This document shows positions 52,570-63,790 of a DNA stretch of 64,000 bases, in pieces (the first letter of the stretch is position 1; the number at the start of each line of letters is the position of its first letter). The position numbers and the translations under genes are program-made. The notes under the pieces are model-generated. The model saw only the letters and a program-made list of their open reading frames with translations, ran no database searches and had not been told where the DNA came from. The stretch comes from Vicinamibacteria bacterium (GTDB taxonomy: Bacteria; Acidobacteriota; Vicinamibacteria; Fen-336; CBDFGD01), in assembly GCA_965246965.1 (NCBI GenBank), contig CBDFGD010000001.1, forward strand, positions 516,705-580,704, in the 5' to 3' direction.

Positions 52570-53910
52570 TCAATCGACGCCTCGGGGGGAGCTTCGAAGC
52601 AGCAGGCGCAGCAGGATGCTCTGGAATGTCGGCTCCTGGTAGATGCCGTGATGGTCCGCGCCGCCCATGAACGCGTGCGAGAGCTCGGGAATGCCGCTCG
52701 GCCCATGGGGATGACGGGCGTCCGGATGGATGGAGGCCAAGGCGCTCGCCCGAGTCACGCGCCCGTCGCCGGCCTCGAACATCGACTGGGCCTCGTGGTC
52801 GTCGTCGGCCTCGAGTCGGGGTGTCGCACCCCGCTCTTCCGGGACGATCACGCGGGCGAGCGTCGGGAGGGTATCTCCGCCGAGAAAAGTCATCGGCACC
52901 GGGCAATGGGAACCCGGCGGTTCGAGCAACGACTCGTGAAAGCTACGCGCCCGCTGCAGCGTGGCGCCGAGGAATTCCCTTTGCTCCTCGAGGTCGCCCT
53001 TGGCCTCCGGCGAGAACGGGCCCCAGCCGAAGCGCTCCCACGACTCCAGTGAGTGGAGATCCGCTTCGATCGGCCTCGAGCGGTGATCCAGCAGGGCGGG
53101 GAACTCGCGCGGTGGCAGCAACTGGTAGATGGCAGGCATCGCGGAGATGACGGAGGCCGCCATCGTCGTCGTCGAGAAGCCCACGCGGTTGCCGTTCAGG
53201 ATGGCATCCAACGCGCCGATACTTCCGCCGTTCGGGGTCGTCACTTGTACGAGCTGGTTGATGCGACGCGCCCCTGCCCAGGTGACGGGTCCTCCCGGCG
53301 CGGCGGCGCCGTGGCGCAGGTAGTAGCGTGCCACGAGCCCACCCATGCTGTGCGCCACCAGGTTGAAGCGGGCGTCCCGATCGCCGCGAGCTTCGGCCAG
53401 CCCGTCCAGGTAGTCGTCCAGGGCGCGCGCGGTGGCGACGAGGTCCAGGCGCCAGTCGTAGGTGAAGACGTGATAGACGGCGCCGAATGGCCGGTCGTCC
53501 CTCACGAAGCCGCCCTCCTCCAGCAGGTCGAGGAGGTCCGCGTATTCGGTGAAGCCGAACAGGCGGGGGAGCACGGTGTCTACGCCGAGCAGGCCGCCCG
53601 GGCGGAGGTCGTCTCTCAGCGTGGCGATGGGAAGCCTCATTGGCAGACCCAGGGCGTGATGGCCGAGCACGTTGCCGACGTTGAGCCACAGCTTGCTGCC
53701 ACCCCGGTCGATCAGCTCGCTTCCGAGGATGCCCGGCAGCACGACGGTCGGAGCCAGATCGGGATCGTCGCGCGAGGCCCGGATCAGGTCCGGGTCGAAG
53801 CCGTCGCGCCTCTCGCGTAGGGCGTGTACGAGGACGGCGCCTGCCCCTCCCGCGAGTGCGCCGGCGAGAAAAGCGAGACCCGGATGCCAACCGGACTCAG
53901 AACGTGCCAT
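52570..53910 (-). CDS. Lipase/acyltransferase (LCAT/PGAP1-like alpha/beta hydrolase)
   Basis: LPGILGS, YDWR, AHSMGG, GDGRV, H. Confidence 0.88.
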   Translation of the reverse strand: MARSESGWHPGLAFLAGALAGGAGAVLVHALRERRDGFDPDLIRASRDDPDLAPTVVLPGILGSELIDRGGSKLWLNVGNVLGHHALGLPMRLPIATLRDDLRPGGLLGVDTVLPRLFGFTEYADLLDLLEEGGFVRDDRPFGAVYHVFTYDWRLDLVATARALDDYLDGLAEARGDRDARFNLVAHSMGGLVARYYLRHGAAAPGGPVTWAGARRINQLVQVTTPNGGSIGALDAILNGNRVGFSTTTMAASVISAMPAIYQLLPPREFPALLDHRSRPIEADLHSLESWERFGWGPFSPEAKGDLEEQREFLGATLQRARSFHESLLEPPGSHCPVPMTFLGGDTLPTLARVIVPEERGATPRLEADDDHEAQSMFEAGDGRVTRASALASIHPDARHPHGPSGIPELSHAFMGGADHHGIYQEPTFQSILLRLLLRSSPRGVD

Positions 53911-53994
53911 GCACCCGATTCTAGCGGGGCGCCGCGATATCGCCTCGACGCGCCGACCCACCTGGCGGACGGGGACCGAGTCGTTCGCCTTGAA

Positions 53995-54225
53995 TTAGCT
54001 TCGATGGACACACGAAGCTGTCGAGGGGCAGATCGCCTTTCGCAAGGGAAGCCGCTCGAAGGGGCGGCCAGGGGATCGCTGTAGGCTCAGCTCGTGATCT
54101 GCGAGTGCACCCAATCCGTCGGGCCCCCCTTTGGCCATGACAAGGGAGGGACGTAGCTTCGAGGAAGAAGGGTCCGAGGAGGGGAAACGACCGAGGACTA
54201 CTGCGCCTGCCCGAAGGCTGCCCAC
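53995..54225 (-). pseudogene. Decayed MazF/PemK-like toxin
   Basis: GAVVL.RFP.SD.SSSKLRP.LV, then frameshifted QITS*AYSDP. Confidence 0.7.
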
Positions 54226-54404
54226 GCGGCGTCTTCCTCTGGACGGTTCCAGTCGGCTGCGAGCGAGGCTTCGCTCAGCGCGGCCGTCTCAGCCGGGGTG
54301 TCTTGCACGACCGTCACGAGCACACGGGAAACCCCGACGGAGGGTCATGGCATCTTTTAGCTGTTTCCCGTGTCGTCAACCTCGGCTTCGAGGATCGGCT
54401 TCAT
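54198..54404 (-). pseudogene. Decayed antitoxin partner of the MazF-like toxin
   Basis: MKPILEAEVDDTGN, internal stops, then VLVTVV...ETAALSEASLAADWNRPEEDAAW. Confidence 0.65.
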
Positions 54405-54435
54405 GTCGCCCCTCTACCTCCGCCCCCGAGCGTCA

Positions 54436-54549
54436 GTCCAACACCCCCGTGGATCAGCTGCGAACTGCGACGCAGTGAAGCTGCGCCGCGGAGTGGCGCC
54501 ACCTGCAAGTACGAGGCCGCGGCTCGTCAGCTGCATCCGCCTGTTCTAC
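54436..54549 (-). mobile_element. Integron attC recombination site
   Basis: Minus strand: R'' GTAGAAC, 5 nt, L'' GATGCAGC ... L' GCTGATC, R' GTTGGAC; extrahelical G; the upstream gene's TAG lies in R''. Confidence 0.78.
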
Positions 54550-54770
54550 GGCGTCCCCCTGCCTTGAAGGGCCCGAGCACCGCCCTCCTCAACCGACAAG
54601 CAGACCACCACCTTGCTCTCTCGAGCATGCCCATCAAGCCAGAAAGCCACCTGTTGTCGGAAAACGGCGAGCCGGATGTCGTCGAGATCGGTACCCGCCG
54701 AGATCGGCTGGGCAACCCCAGCAAGGCCGATGACTCCGAAGATCAGTGCCGCCAATCGTCGCGTGCGCAT
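54546..54770 (-). CDS. Small secreted hypothetical protein (cassette-borne, possibly truncated)
   Basis: GGAGG RBS, signal peptide MRTRRLAALIFGVIGLAGVA, stop inside attC. Confidence 0.55.
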   Translation of the reverse strand: MRTRRLAALIFGVIGLAGVAQPISAGTDLDDIRLAVFRQQVAFWLDGHARESKVVVCLSVEEGGARALQGRGTP

Positions 54771-55388
54771 GCGCCCCTCCTGCTCCCGTGCGTCCGTAGG
54801 ACCGGGGATCGGCCGCGAGGGCCGCGGTGACCGTGGTGAGCGCGGCCCTCGTCTGCTGCATCCCCTCGTTCGACAGCTGCACTTGCAGACTCGAGTGCTT
54901 CTCCAGCAGGCAGTATCCCACACGCCTCCGAACGAGAGTGAAATGACTCAGCTCTGGACGGAGAGAGAAAGGTATGTCATGAACCAACGCTTTAGATCAT
55001 GAACGGGCATCGTGGGCCATGAACGGACATCCTAGGCCACGAGCCTCGGTTTCGGGTCTCGCACACATGGCCGGTTGCGTCCGGAGAAGCACGGTCCTTT
55101 CCTGATGGAAACGGGATCGCTGTAGGAAGGCAGAACGAAGGGCGGTGGAGCAATGACTTCGGGTTGGCCTGCACCGCTTCGAGCATCACTCGACAAGAGA
55201 GCTACCGGCGACGCAGGACGATGTGCGCGAAACCAGAAAGGCACGCCGCCTCGAGGGAACGTGCGAAAGCGACGAAAGAGAGGCGGCCGTACGCCTGAGC
55301 AGGGCCGCGCATCCGTGAGGTAGGGATCTCACCGGAGGCCGAACTGCCTCGCGCTCCGTGGCGAAAACGCCGCCTACGAAAAATGTCT

Positions 55389-55460
55389 GTCGAACACGAA
55401 GGTTCAGCTGCGAAGCTCGGGTCGAGGACTGGCTTCGTCGGCTGCAACCGCCGGTTGGGC
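55389..55460 (-). mobile_element. Integron attC recombination site
   Basis: Minus strand: GCCCAAC-CGGCG-GTTGCAGC-CGACGAAGC...GCTTCGCA-GCTGAAC-CTTCGT-GTTCGAC. Confidence 0.85.
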
Positions 55461-56267
55461 AGCCCTCTTCTCAGCTAGCGCCTTGAAAAACGTGTAGCAG
55501 AAGACACCGTCTGGCTCAGCCGTGCGGTAAAGAGCCCGGATTCCTTCATCGAAGTGCGCCGGCGCGGCCATCCCGGCCTTGATTGCAGGTTCGCGAACTC
55601 CCTCGATCATCGCAGTGAACGTCCTCTTGGTGAAGCCCTCGACGAGGTCCGGCCTACTCGAATCAACATAGGCCATTCGAGGAGAAGTGCGGACCGCGTC
55701 GAAACCGGCCTGCCGAAGCAACGGATAGAGCTGACGCCCGATCAGAGCGTTGCCACCCGCCACCCGCTGCAATTCGATCTGGCAGCGGATAGACATGCGG
55801 GCGGCATCGCTATCGGGGTGGAAGAAGGCCGATCCGTGGTCGCCTTCGATGACGGTGATCGTCCCCCCTGGCCTGAGCAGTTCTCTCAGGGTGGCCAGAG
55901 CCTCGAGAGGACGCGAGAGGTGCTCCAGGACGAAACAGACGAAGACATGGTCGAATGATCTCGAGTCGAAAGGCAAGGCGAAGATGTCCGCCTGCTGGAA
56001 CTGCACGTTGGTGAGGCCGGCGGCGTCCGCCTTGGCCTTGGCTTCTGCTACGGAGTCCGCGGAGATGTCGACTGACGTGATGCGTGCGCCTGGGCTGTTG
56101 CGGCCGAGGGTTATCGTTTGAGCACCGATGCCACAGCCAGCATCGAGGACAGAGCTGCCGTCTTCGTACGAGGTGTCCGAGTGGAGGAGATCCACTAGTG
56201 TGTCCGCCTGATCCTTTAGGCGCACGCTCTCGTGTCGATCGTAGCCATGCACGTAGATGTGGTTCAT
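55404..56267 (-). CDS. Class I SAM-dependent methyltransferase (gene cassette)
   Basis: VLDAGCGIG, FDHVFVCFVLEH, LRPGG; bounded by attC elements. Confidence 0.9.
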   Translation of the reverse strand: MNHIYVHGYDRHESVRLKDQADTLVDLLHSDTSYEDGSSVLDAGCGIGAQTITLGRNSPGARITSVDISADSVAEAKAKADAAGLTNVQFQQADIFALPFDSRSFDHVFVCFVLEHLSRPLEALATLRELLRPGGTITVIEGDHGSAFFHPDSDAARMSIRCQIELQRVAGGNALIGRQLYPLLRQAGFDAVRTSPRMAYVDSSRPDLVEGFTKRTFTAMIEGVREPAIKAGMAAPAHFDEGIRALYRTAEPDGVFCYTFFKALAEKRAAQPAVAADEASPRPELRS

Positions 56268-56286
56268 CGTCTTACTCTCAGTTGTC

Positions 56287-56310
56287 GCCGAACACTCGAG
56301 TTCAGCCGCC
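56287..56310 (-). mobile_element. 3' half of an attC site (L' and R' only)
   Basis: Minus strand GCGGCTGAAC-TCGAGT-GTTCGGC; no R''/L'' half upstream. Confidence 0.55.
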
Positions 56311-56316
56311 CTCAAC

Positions 56317-56697
56317 CTAGAGTCGATGTGCATCGTCGAGCTTTCCGAGGTTCTTGTCGAAAGTGCCCAACGGCAGGTGCCCGGCCTTTCGGGCAATCTC
56401 GAGAACCAGGCAATCTGAGAACCCGACGCCTGGTTTTTCGCGAAAGCGCGACAAGGCCGATTCAACGACTTCCGAGTCCTGAAGGGACAGGGTCTTATGA
56501 CTCAGGAGCATATCTATTGCCGTAGCAATCTCCGAGGGTCCCAGGCTGTATACCGTCGACAGCACCCACATCGCCTCCGCCAGGACACGGTGAGATACCC
56601 ACGCACCTGCCGACACGAAGGACTCGGCCACCTTGACTTGCTTGGGGTCGTCTCGCGTCAGCAACCGGACAAGGACGTTGGTGTCAACGGCGCGCAC
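56317..56697 (-). CDS. VapC-like PIN domain toxin
   Basis: AVDTNVLVR, E..WVL, FSDCL, TFD. Confidence 0.92.
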   Translation of the reverse strand: MRAVDTNVLVRLLTRDDPKQVKVAESFVSAGAWVSHRVLAEAMWVLSTVYSLGPSEIATAIDMLLSHKTLSLQDSEVVESALSRFREKPGVGFSDCLVLEIARKAGHLPLGTFDKNLGKLDDAHRL

Positions 56698-56944
56698 GGC
56701 GCCGCCTTACATACTCCCGCCCGCCTTCCTGCAACTCCTCAAGCGTGCGAGGCTTTGGTGGGTTCGGGAAGATTGCCTCATGGACATCCTCGGACGTGTA
56801 CCGCCCAACTCGCCGAACGACGATCCTCTCCCCTTCCTCGTCCCATTCGAGGACCGAACCTGGGCCAACACCGAGTCGTCGCCGGATCTCAGCCGGAACG
56901 GAAATCTGCCCTTGAGCCGTGATCTTCGACTGTGCAATCACCAT
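56684..56944 (-). CDS. AbrB/MazE-fold antitoxin
   Basis: KITAQGQISVPAEIRRRLGVGPG; overlaps the toxin start. Confidence 0.92.
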   Translation of the reverse strand: MVIAQSKITAQGQISVPAEIRRRLGVGPGSVLEWDEEGERIVVRRVGRYTSEDVHEAIFPNPPKPRTLEELQEGGREYVRRRRARR

Positions 56945-56965
56945 GCCGCAAGATTACCGTGGGCG

Positions 56966-58062
56966 GGAGTATCCATTTAACCGGTGTAAACTGAGCCGGT
57001 GGATCAGCCTCGTGCTGGCACGCACTATCCGCGGTCCGTGGGCGAGTTCCAGGCCTGGTTCCGGACCGATGCGGACTGCCTGGAGTGGCTGCGGTGGCCC
57101 GCCAGCTTCGCCTGCTTGGACTGCGGCCATGATGGGGGCTGGCGGCTGGGCGACGGTCGCTTCATGTGCTCAGGGTGCGGCGGCCGTACGTCGGTGACAG
57201 CGGGCACGATCTTTGACCGGACGCGCACGCCGCTAACGGTTTGGTTCACCGCCTGCTGGCTGTTCGCCACCGGCAAGGACGGGATCTCGGCGCTGAGCCT
57301 GAAGCGGACGCTGGAGATCGGCTCCTACCAGACCGCGTGGGCGATGCTCCATCGGCTGAGGTCGGTGCTGGTGCGCCCGGGCCGGGACCGGCTGGCCGGG
57401 ATGGTACAGGTAGATGAGACCTACATCGGCGGTGAGGAGGCGGGGCTGCGCGGCGGCCGGGCCAAAGGCAAGAAGGTTTTGACCGGGATCGCGGTGGAGG
57501 TCCGGGAGCCGAGAGGATTCGGACGGTGCCGGATGCTGCCGCTGACCGATGCGTCGGCCGCCTCGTTGCACGCCTTTGTAACGGCTCACGTCGAGCCGGG
57601 CGCGAGGGTCGTCACCGACGGCTGGCAGGGCTACCGCGGGCTGGAGAAGCTCGGCTACGTCCACGACCGGCGCAGCCAGCGGGCCGCCCGAACCCGCGGG
57701 GAGGATCCCGGTGAGCTACTGCCCGCAGTGCACCGGGTCGCCTCGCTAGCCAAGCGGTGGTTGCTGGGTACCCACCAGGGCTCGGTGAACGACGCGCACC
57801 TGGCCAGCTACCTGAATGAGTTCGCGTTCCGCTTCAACCGCCGCACCTCCCGCAGCCGCGGGATGGTGTTCTACCGAGTGCTCGAGCTCGCCGTCGCCCA
57901 CGACCCGGTGCGCTACCAGGACCTCATCGCCACCCAGCGGCCCCGGGCAGTGCCGCCCTCGCAGCCGCAGGCGCGCGGGCACCCGCCGAGCCTGGAGCGC
58001 TCTCCAGCGAACCGCCCGTGGAGAACTGCCAACCTGGACTCCTCCGGTTAAATGGAGACCCC
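56966..58062 (+). mobile_element. IS1595-family insertion sequence
   Basis: TIRs GGAGTATCCATTTAACCGG and CCGGTTAAATGGAGACCCC flank the transposase; no target-site duplication visible. Confidence 0.9.
56999..58051 (+). CDS. IS1595-family DDE transposase
   Basis: Zn ribbon CLDC...CSGC, TAGTIF, VDETY, TDG..GY, YLNEFAFRFNRR. Confidence 0.94.
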   Translation: MDQPRAGTHYPRSVGEFQAWFRTDADCLEWLRWPASFACLDCGHDGGWRLGDGRFMCSGCGGRTSVTAGTIFDRTRTPLTVWFTACWLFATGKDGISALSLKRTLEIGSYQTAWAMLHRLRSVLVRPGRDRLAGMVQVDETYIGGEEAGLRGGRAKGKKVLTGIAVEVREPRGFGRCRMLPLTDASAASLHAFVTAHVEPGARVVTDGWQGYRGLEKLGYVHDRRSQRAARTRGEDPGELLPAVHRVASLAKRWLLGTHQGSVNDAHLASYLNEFAFRFNRRTSRSRGMVFYRVLELAVAHDPVRYQDLIATQRPRAVPPSQPQARGHPPSLERSPANRPWRTANLDSSG

Positions 58063-58289
58063 CAACGCTCGTGATGCCCGACGAGGTGAAAGACGTGGCA
58101 GAAGCGCTCGAGCCGCTCGATTCGGAATGGCTTCGCGGGCGCTACGACGCCGTCGTGCCCGAGAGCTACTCGCGGGCATACGGCGCAGAGGATCGCGATT
58201 ACACTTCCGAGTGGTTCGAGAACGTGCGCGAGCTGTTCTTGAGTGCGGCGCGCCGGGATCGTGCCGTCGTTTTCACGTTGACGCAGTAG
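58063..58289 (+). pseudogene. C-terminal fragment of a YfbM/DUF1877-like protein truncated by the IS
   Basis: PDEVKDVAEAL...WLRGRY...Y..EWF..VRELF..AA....AVVF begins right at the IS end. Confidence 0.6.
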
Positions 58290-58333
58290 TCCGCCACCCC
58301 ATCGTCAGCCGAACGCGGGAGAGTGGTCTCAAC

Positions 58334-58934
58334 ATGAAACGACGTATGAGCCTGGCATTCGCATTGCTCAGCCTCGCTGCCGCGTGCTCCAGCCCCTCGC
58401 CGTACGGATTCGGGCCGTGGCCGACGGCGCGATCGTCATTCCGGAGATCGGGATCGGGGCCGGGCCCTGGGCACCAACGAGATCGAGCTGGCAATCGATC
58501 CAGCCTCGCGTTTCCTGGAGGCCTCGCTCGAGAGCGAGCTGTTTCCGCTGCTCGCACACGAGATGCACCACGTCATGCGCCACCGAACCGCCGGGTTCAG
58601 CTCCAATCTCTTCGAGGCCATGATCCTCGAAGGGCTTGCGGATCACTTCTCCGTGGAGGTGGCGGGCGTCGCACCCCCGATCTGGTCGACGGCTCTGACT
58701 GACGAGCAGCTCGCGATCTGGTTGGAGCGATCTCGCGAGGAGTGGTTCAACTTGAGCTACAACCACGACGTCTGGTTCTTCGGCGCGGGACAGGCTCCCC
58801 GCTGGGCCGGCTACACGATCGGCTTCGATCTGGTGCGCACCTTTTTGGAGAAGAATCCCGGTCGCTCAGCGTCGGGTCTTCATTCGGAGCCGGCGTCGTC
58901 GTTCATTCCCCCGGGCACTGGCGTAGGCTCGTAG
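58334..58934 (+). pseudogene. DUF2268-like Zn-dependent protease lipoprotein, frameshifted
   Basis: Lipobox LAAAC; later frames give IPEIGIG, LAHEMHH (HExxH), EGLA, RWAGYTIGF. Confidence 0.65.
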
Positions 58935-58967
58935 GATGGCCGCGGGTGGCCGAGTCGGGGTGTCGAG

Positions 58968-59498
58968 ATGAACGCATTCGTCCGGCTGGTTCAGCGGGGC
59001 GCTGAACGGAAGCTCCGAGTCCCGGCAGACTACATCGGCCGCATGGGGGAGACCTCGTTCTCGGGCTTCTTGAAGTTCCTTGGTTTTCTGCCCGTGGCGG
59101 GCCACCGGCGCAAGGCCGACAAGGCCGTGGCGCACGCGGTGAAGGTCGTGGCGACTCAGCACGAGGACTGCGGGCCGTGCGTACAGATCGCCGTAAACGC
59201 TGCGCTCGACGAGGGGGTCGAGCCCCAGATGATCCGAGCCTTACTGAAGCGCGATCACGACGAGTTGCCGAGCGACGTCTCGCTCGCGGTCCGCTTCGCC
59301 GAGGGAGTGCTGGCGAACGACGGTTCGGAGGACGCGCCGCGCCGCCAGATCGAGAGCCGCCTCGGCAGCACCGTGCTCACCGAGCTCTGTCTCGGGATCG
59401 CCACCGCCCGTGTCTTTCCGACGATCAAGCGGGGGATGGGTTTCGCGAAGAGCTGCTCGCTGATCGACATCGAGGTCGAGCCCCTGCGGCGAAGCTGA
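58968..59498 (+). CDS. AhpD/carboxymuconolactone decarboxylase-like protein
   Basis: EDCGPC motif, helical pattern, R.FPTIKRG.G. Confidence 0.75.
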   Translation: MNAFVRLVQRGAERKLRVPADYIGRMGETSFSGFLKFLGFLPVAGHRRKADKAVAHAVKVVATQHEDCGPCVQIAVNAALDEGVEPQMIRALLKRDHDELPSDVSLAVRFAEGVLANDGSEDAPRRQIESRLGSTVLTELCLGIATARVFPTIKRGMGFAKSCSLIDIEVEPLRRS

Positions 59499-59634
59499 CG
59501 TGAGCCTGTTCAGGCCGCCAGGCCGAGAGGCCGCGGATCCCCTGGTTTCGAACTCGACGCGACCGCCACTCGTATGAACCTTCAGGGACGGGGGCTGGTC
59601 AGCCGGCCGCAAGCTTCGGCTGTGGGGAATTGTC

Positions 59635-60303
59635 ATGCCAAGACGGCTCGCTCGGCCGCTGCTCGTGGGCAGCGCTCTGCTGCTGCTTCCGGCTGCAGTG
59701 GGCTTTGGCCCCGTACTCCTCAAGCTCGACTACGGCCAGCTCTTCTCTCGAGCCAGCTGGCGGCTTCCGGATCGGGTCGTGGCGAACCTCCGGCTCGAGC
59801 CCGGCGCCCGAGTCGCCGACATCGGGGCCGGGGACGGCTACTTTACTTTCTTCCTGGCCGACGCTGTGGGCCCCGATGGCAAGGTGTTCGCGATCGACGT
59901 GGATCGGAACACGATCGCAAAGCTCGAGAAGGCGGTCGAGAATCGGGGCTATCGCAACATCGAGGTCGTCCTTGCTGAGACCGGCGATCCGTCGCTGCCC
60001 GACGGGTCGATCGACCTCGCGTTCGTCTGCAACGTGTATCACCACATCGATGACCAGGTGACCTACTTCGACCGCCTCCGGACCGACTTGCGCGCGGGCG
60101 GCCGGCTGGCGATCGTCGAGATGGGGGAGGCGTTGGCGTTCAGGCTCTTGACGCCTCCCGGCCACTGGACGGCTCGAACGACGCTGCGTGAGGAACTGCG
60201 GAGGGCGCACTACCTGCCCGCTCACAGTTTCGATTTTCTCCCGGTGCAGAACTTCGAAATATTCATGCCTGACAGCTCAGCACCCGAACCGCGCGGCTCA
60301 TGA
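59635..60303 (+). CDS. Class I SAM-dependent methyltransferase with N-terminal signal/anchor
   Basis: VADIGAGDGYF, VFAIDV, YHHI. Confidence 0.9.
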   Translation: MPRRLARPLLVGSALLLLPAAVGFGPVLLKLDYGQLFSRASWRLPDRVVANLRLEPGARVADIGAGDGYFTFFLADAVGPDGKVFAIDVDRNTIAKLEKAVENRGYRNIEVVLAETGDPSLPDGSIDLAFVCNVYHHIDDQVTYFDRLRTDLRAGGRLAIVEMGEALAFRLLTPPGHWTARTTLREELRRAHYLPAHSFDFLPVQNFEIFMPDSSAPEPRGS

Positions 60304-60430
60304 GCAAAATGTACAGGTCATCGGGCGAGCCGCTGCTCTCAAGGCGTTGGAAGACGTCGCCCGTGTCTCCTCCACGGCAGCTGGTCCTGACGTAGCAGGC
60401 CCAGTAGCGCGAGAATCGCGGCGGATGCAC

Positions 60431-61132
60431 ATGCCGGACGTCGTGTTGGTAGCCGGCGGGTGCTTCGACATGGGGTCGGAGCACGGACGACCCGACGAGT
60501 CGCCGGTCCATCGGGTGCAGCTCGATTCGTTCTGGCTGGGTCGGACGCCCATCACGAACGCGGAGTACGCAGGCTGCGTCGCGGCGGGGCGAGTCGCCGA
60601 GCCTCCGGTCTGGAGAGACGCAGCCTTCTCGCCGGACGATCGGCCGGTCGTCGGCGTCAGCTGGTTCGAGGCGAACGCCTACTGCGCCTGGCTGTCCGAG
60701 GTCACCCGGGCAGAGTGGCGATTACCCACCGAGGCCGAATGGGAATGCGCCGCCCGGGGCGGGCTCCCGAGTGCGCCGACCCCATGGGGTGATTCACTTC
60801 CCGAAGACGAAGTGCCCACCGGACCTCTCGCGGGGCCGTGGCCCGTGGGACGGGGACGGCCCAACGGGTTCGGACTACTCGACGCCGGGACGATCGTCCA
60901 CGAGTGGTGTGCAGACTGGTACGATGCGAGCTACTACGCAGTCTCGCCGGCGAGCCGACCAACGGGTCCCGATGAGGGCTCGCGGCGTGCAAGCCGCGGC
61001 GGCTCGTGGCGCCACCGGGTGTGCTGGTCGCCTCCAGCAGCCCGCAGCAGCCTGCCTCCGGAGTTCCACTACACGGACTACGGGTTCCGGGTCGTCAGAA
61101 GCGTGGACCGAAGCAGTTCTAGTTCAGCGTGA
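60431..61132 (+). CDS. FGE-sulfatase (SUMF1/EgtB-like) domain protein
   Basis: F.MGS, PVVGVSW.EA.AYC.W, RLPTEAEWE.AARGG, RGGSW, GFR. Confidence 0.9.
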   Translation: MPDVVLVAGGCFDMGSEHGRPDESPVHRVQLDSFWLGRTPITNAEYAGCVAAGRVAEPPVWRDAAFSPDDRPVVGVSWFEANAYCAWLSEVTRAEWRLPTEAEWECAARGGLPSAPTPWGDSLPEDEVPTGPLAGPWPVGRGRPNGFGLLDAGTIVHEWCADWYDASYYAVSPASRPTGPDEGSRRASRGGSWRHRVCWSPPAARSSLPPEFHYTDYGFRVVRSVDRSSSSSA

Positions 61133-61294
61133 GGTCGACCTCCGGGAAGTACGCGGAGTGTCGATGAAGATCTGGACCACGTCGTTGGCGAACGCTGCGA
61201 TTGGACTGGTTGGCATGCCCCACGGAACCGGTCCGCCGACGCGACTATCCGCCCTCCGGATAGCCCGACGCAAACGAGGGCTGGTCGACGACGC

Positions 61295-62827
<1,533 letters not shown>

Positions 62828-63027
62828 GCCTCTTATCGAGCTGGGGCCGCGCGCCTTCGAGCGCGGTGGGCGTGCGGTTCCTCGGTTCGGATGGTTCCGC
62901 CACGATCCGGAATGGTAACTCCGGTCCGGGTCACGAGATCACCGGGTCCAAGATGCGGCTTCAGCGGCCCCCGGCCCACGCTTGACCCGCGCAGAGCATA
63001 GTTCCGTGGGGGGATCGCCTCCTCCGC

Positions 63028-63639
63028 TCAGAACAGTCGAATTGCGATGCGAGCGCCGAGTGTCGAGAGGTTGTACCCGGCCTGGCGGGACTGGATGTCG
63101 TAGCGACCGGAGACGATGAGTCGTCTCCACAACACGACGCCCGTGTCGACGGTGCCCCCGAAGCCCAGACGGGCCGAGCGATCGGGCACGTCGAACAGGT
63201 AGGGACCGGCGCGCAAAGAGAAGTATGGAATGACGTCGCGGGTGCGGCGCCGCCCGAGCCAGACGGCGCCCGCGTAGGCGCTCCAGATGTTCGCGTCGCC
63301 GTCGTCCTTGCCGAACGAGCGCCAGTTCAGGTCGAACGAGAAGTGCACTCCCTGGGTGGAGCGGAAGGCCCAGACGGCGACGGAGGGGCTGAAGTGCTGG
63401 GAGCCGAAGTCTTCGCGGGTCGGCTCGCTGACCGGCCAGAGCACGCCGACGCCAGCCACGATCGAGAAGCGGGTCCCCAGCAGGTTGATCGCGTCTTCTT
63501 TGGGCTCGTTCTCCCCGGGTTCGGGTTCAGCGGTGGCCGACGGGTCGGCTGTGATCGCGTCCGGCTCTTCAGCGGGTTCCTGACCGAACCCTGGCGCGCT
63601 GGTCAACAGCGAAAGAACGAGGATGAGGGGGTTGCGCAT
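63028..63639 (-). CDS. Probable small outer-membrane beta-barrel protein
   Basis: Signal peptide, alternating beta-strand pattern, C-terminal Phe. Confidence 0.68.
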   Translation of the reverse strand: MRNPLILVLSLLTSAPGFGQEPAEEPDAITADPSATAEPEPGENEPKEDAINLLGTRFSIVAGVGVLWPVSEPTREDFGSQHFSPSVAVWAFRSTQGVHFSFDLNWRSFGKDDGDANIWSAYAGAVWLGRRRTRDVIPYFSLRAGPYLFDVPDRSARLGFGGTVDTGVVLWRRLIVSGRYDIQSRQAGYNLSTLGARIAIRLF

Positions 63640-63676
63640 GGAGCGAAGTACCCGGGACTATAGCCCTGGCAGCCGC

Positions 63677-63790
63677 TACTCGGGCAGCGGAACGAACTCG
63701 TCCTCTTCCCCGGCGACCCCGGCGAAGCGGCCTTCCTTCCAATCGCGCTTGGCCTGCTCGATGCGCTCGGAATGCGCGATGGGATCGCGG
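63677..63790 (-). pseudogene. C-terminal fragment of a pirin family protein
   Basis: ERIEQAKRDWKEGRFAGVAGEEDEFVPLPE* resembles pirin C-termini; no pirin-like sequence upstream. Confidence 0.6.

Noticed and set aside
54230-54300. Palindrome-like GCGAGCGAGGCTTCGCTCAGCGC as a separate repeat or attC
   Set aside because: It is explained as coding sequence of the decayed antitoxin (ALSEASLA).
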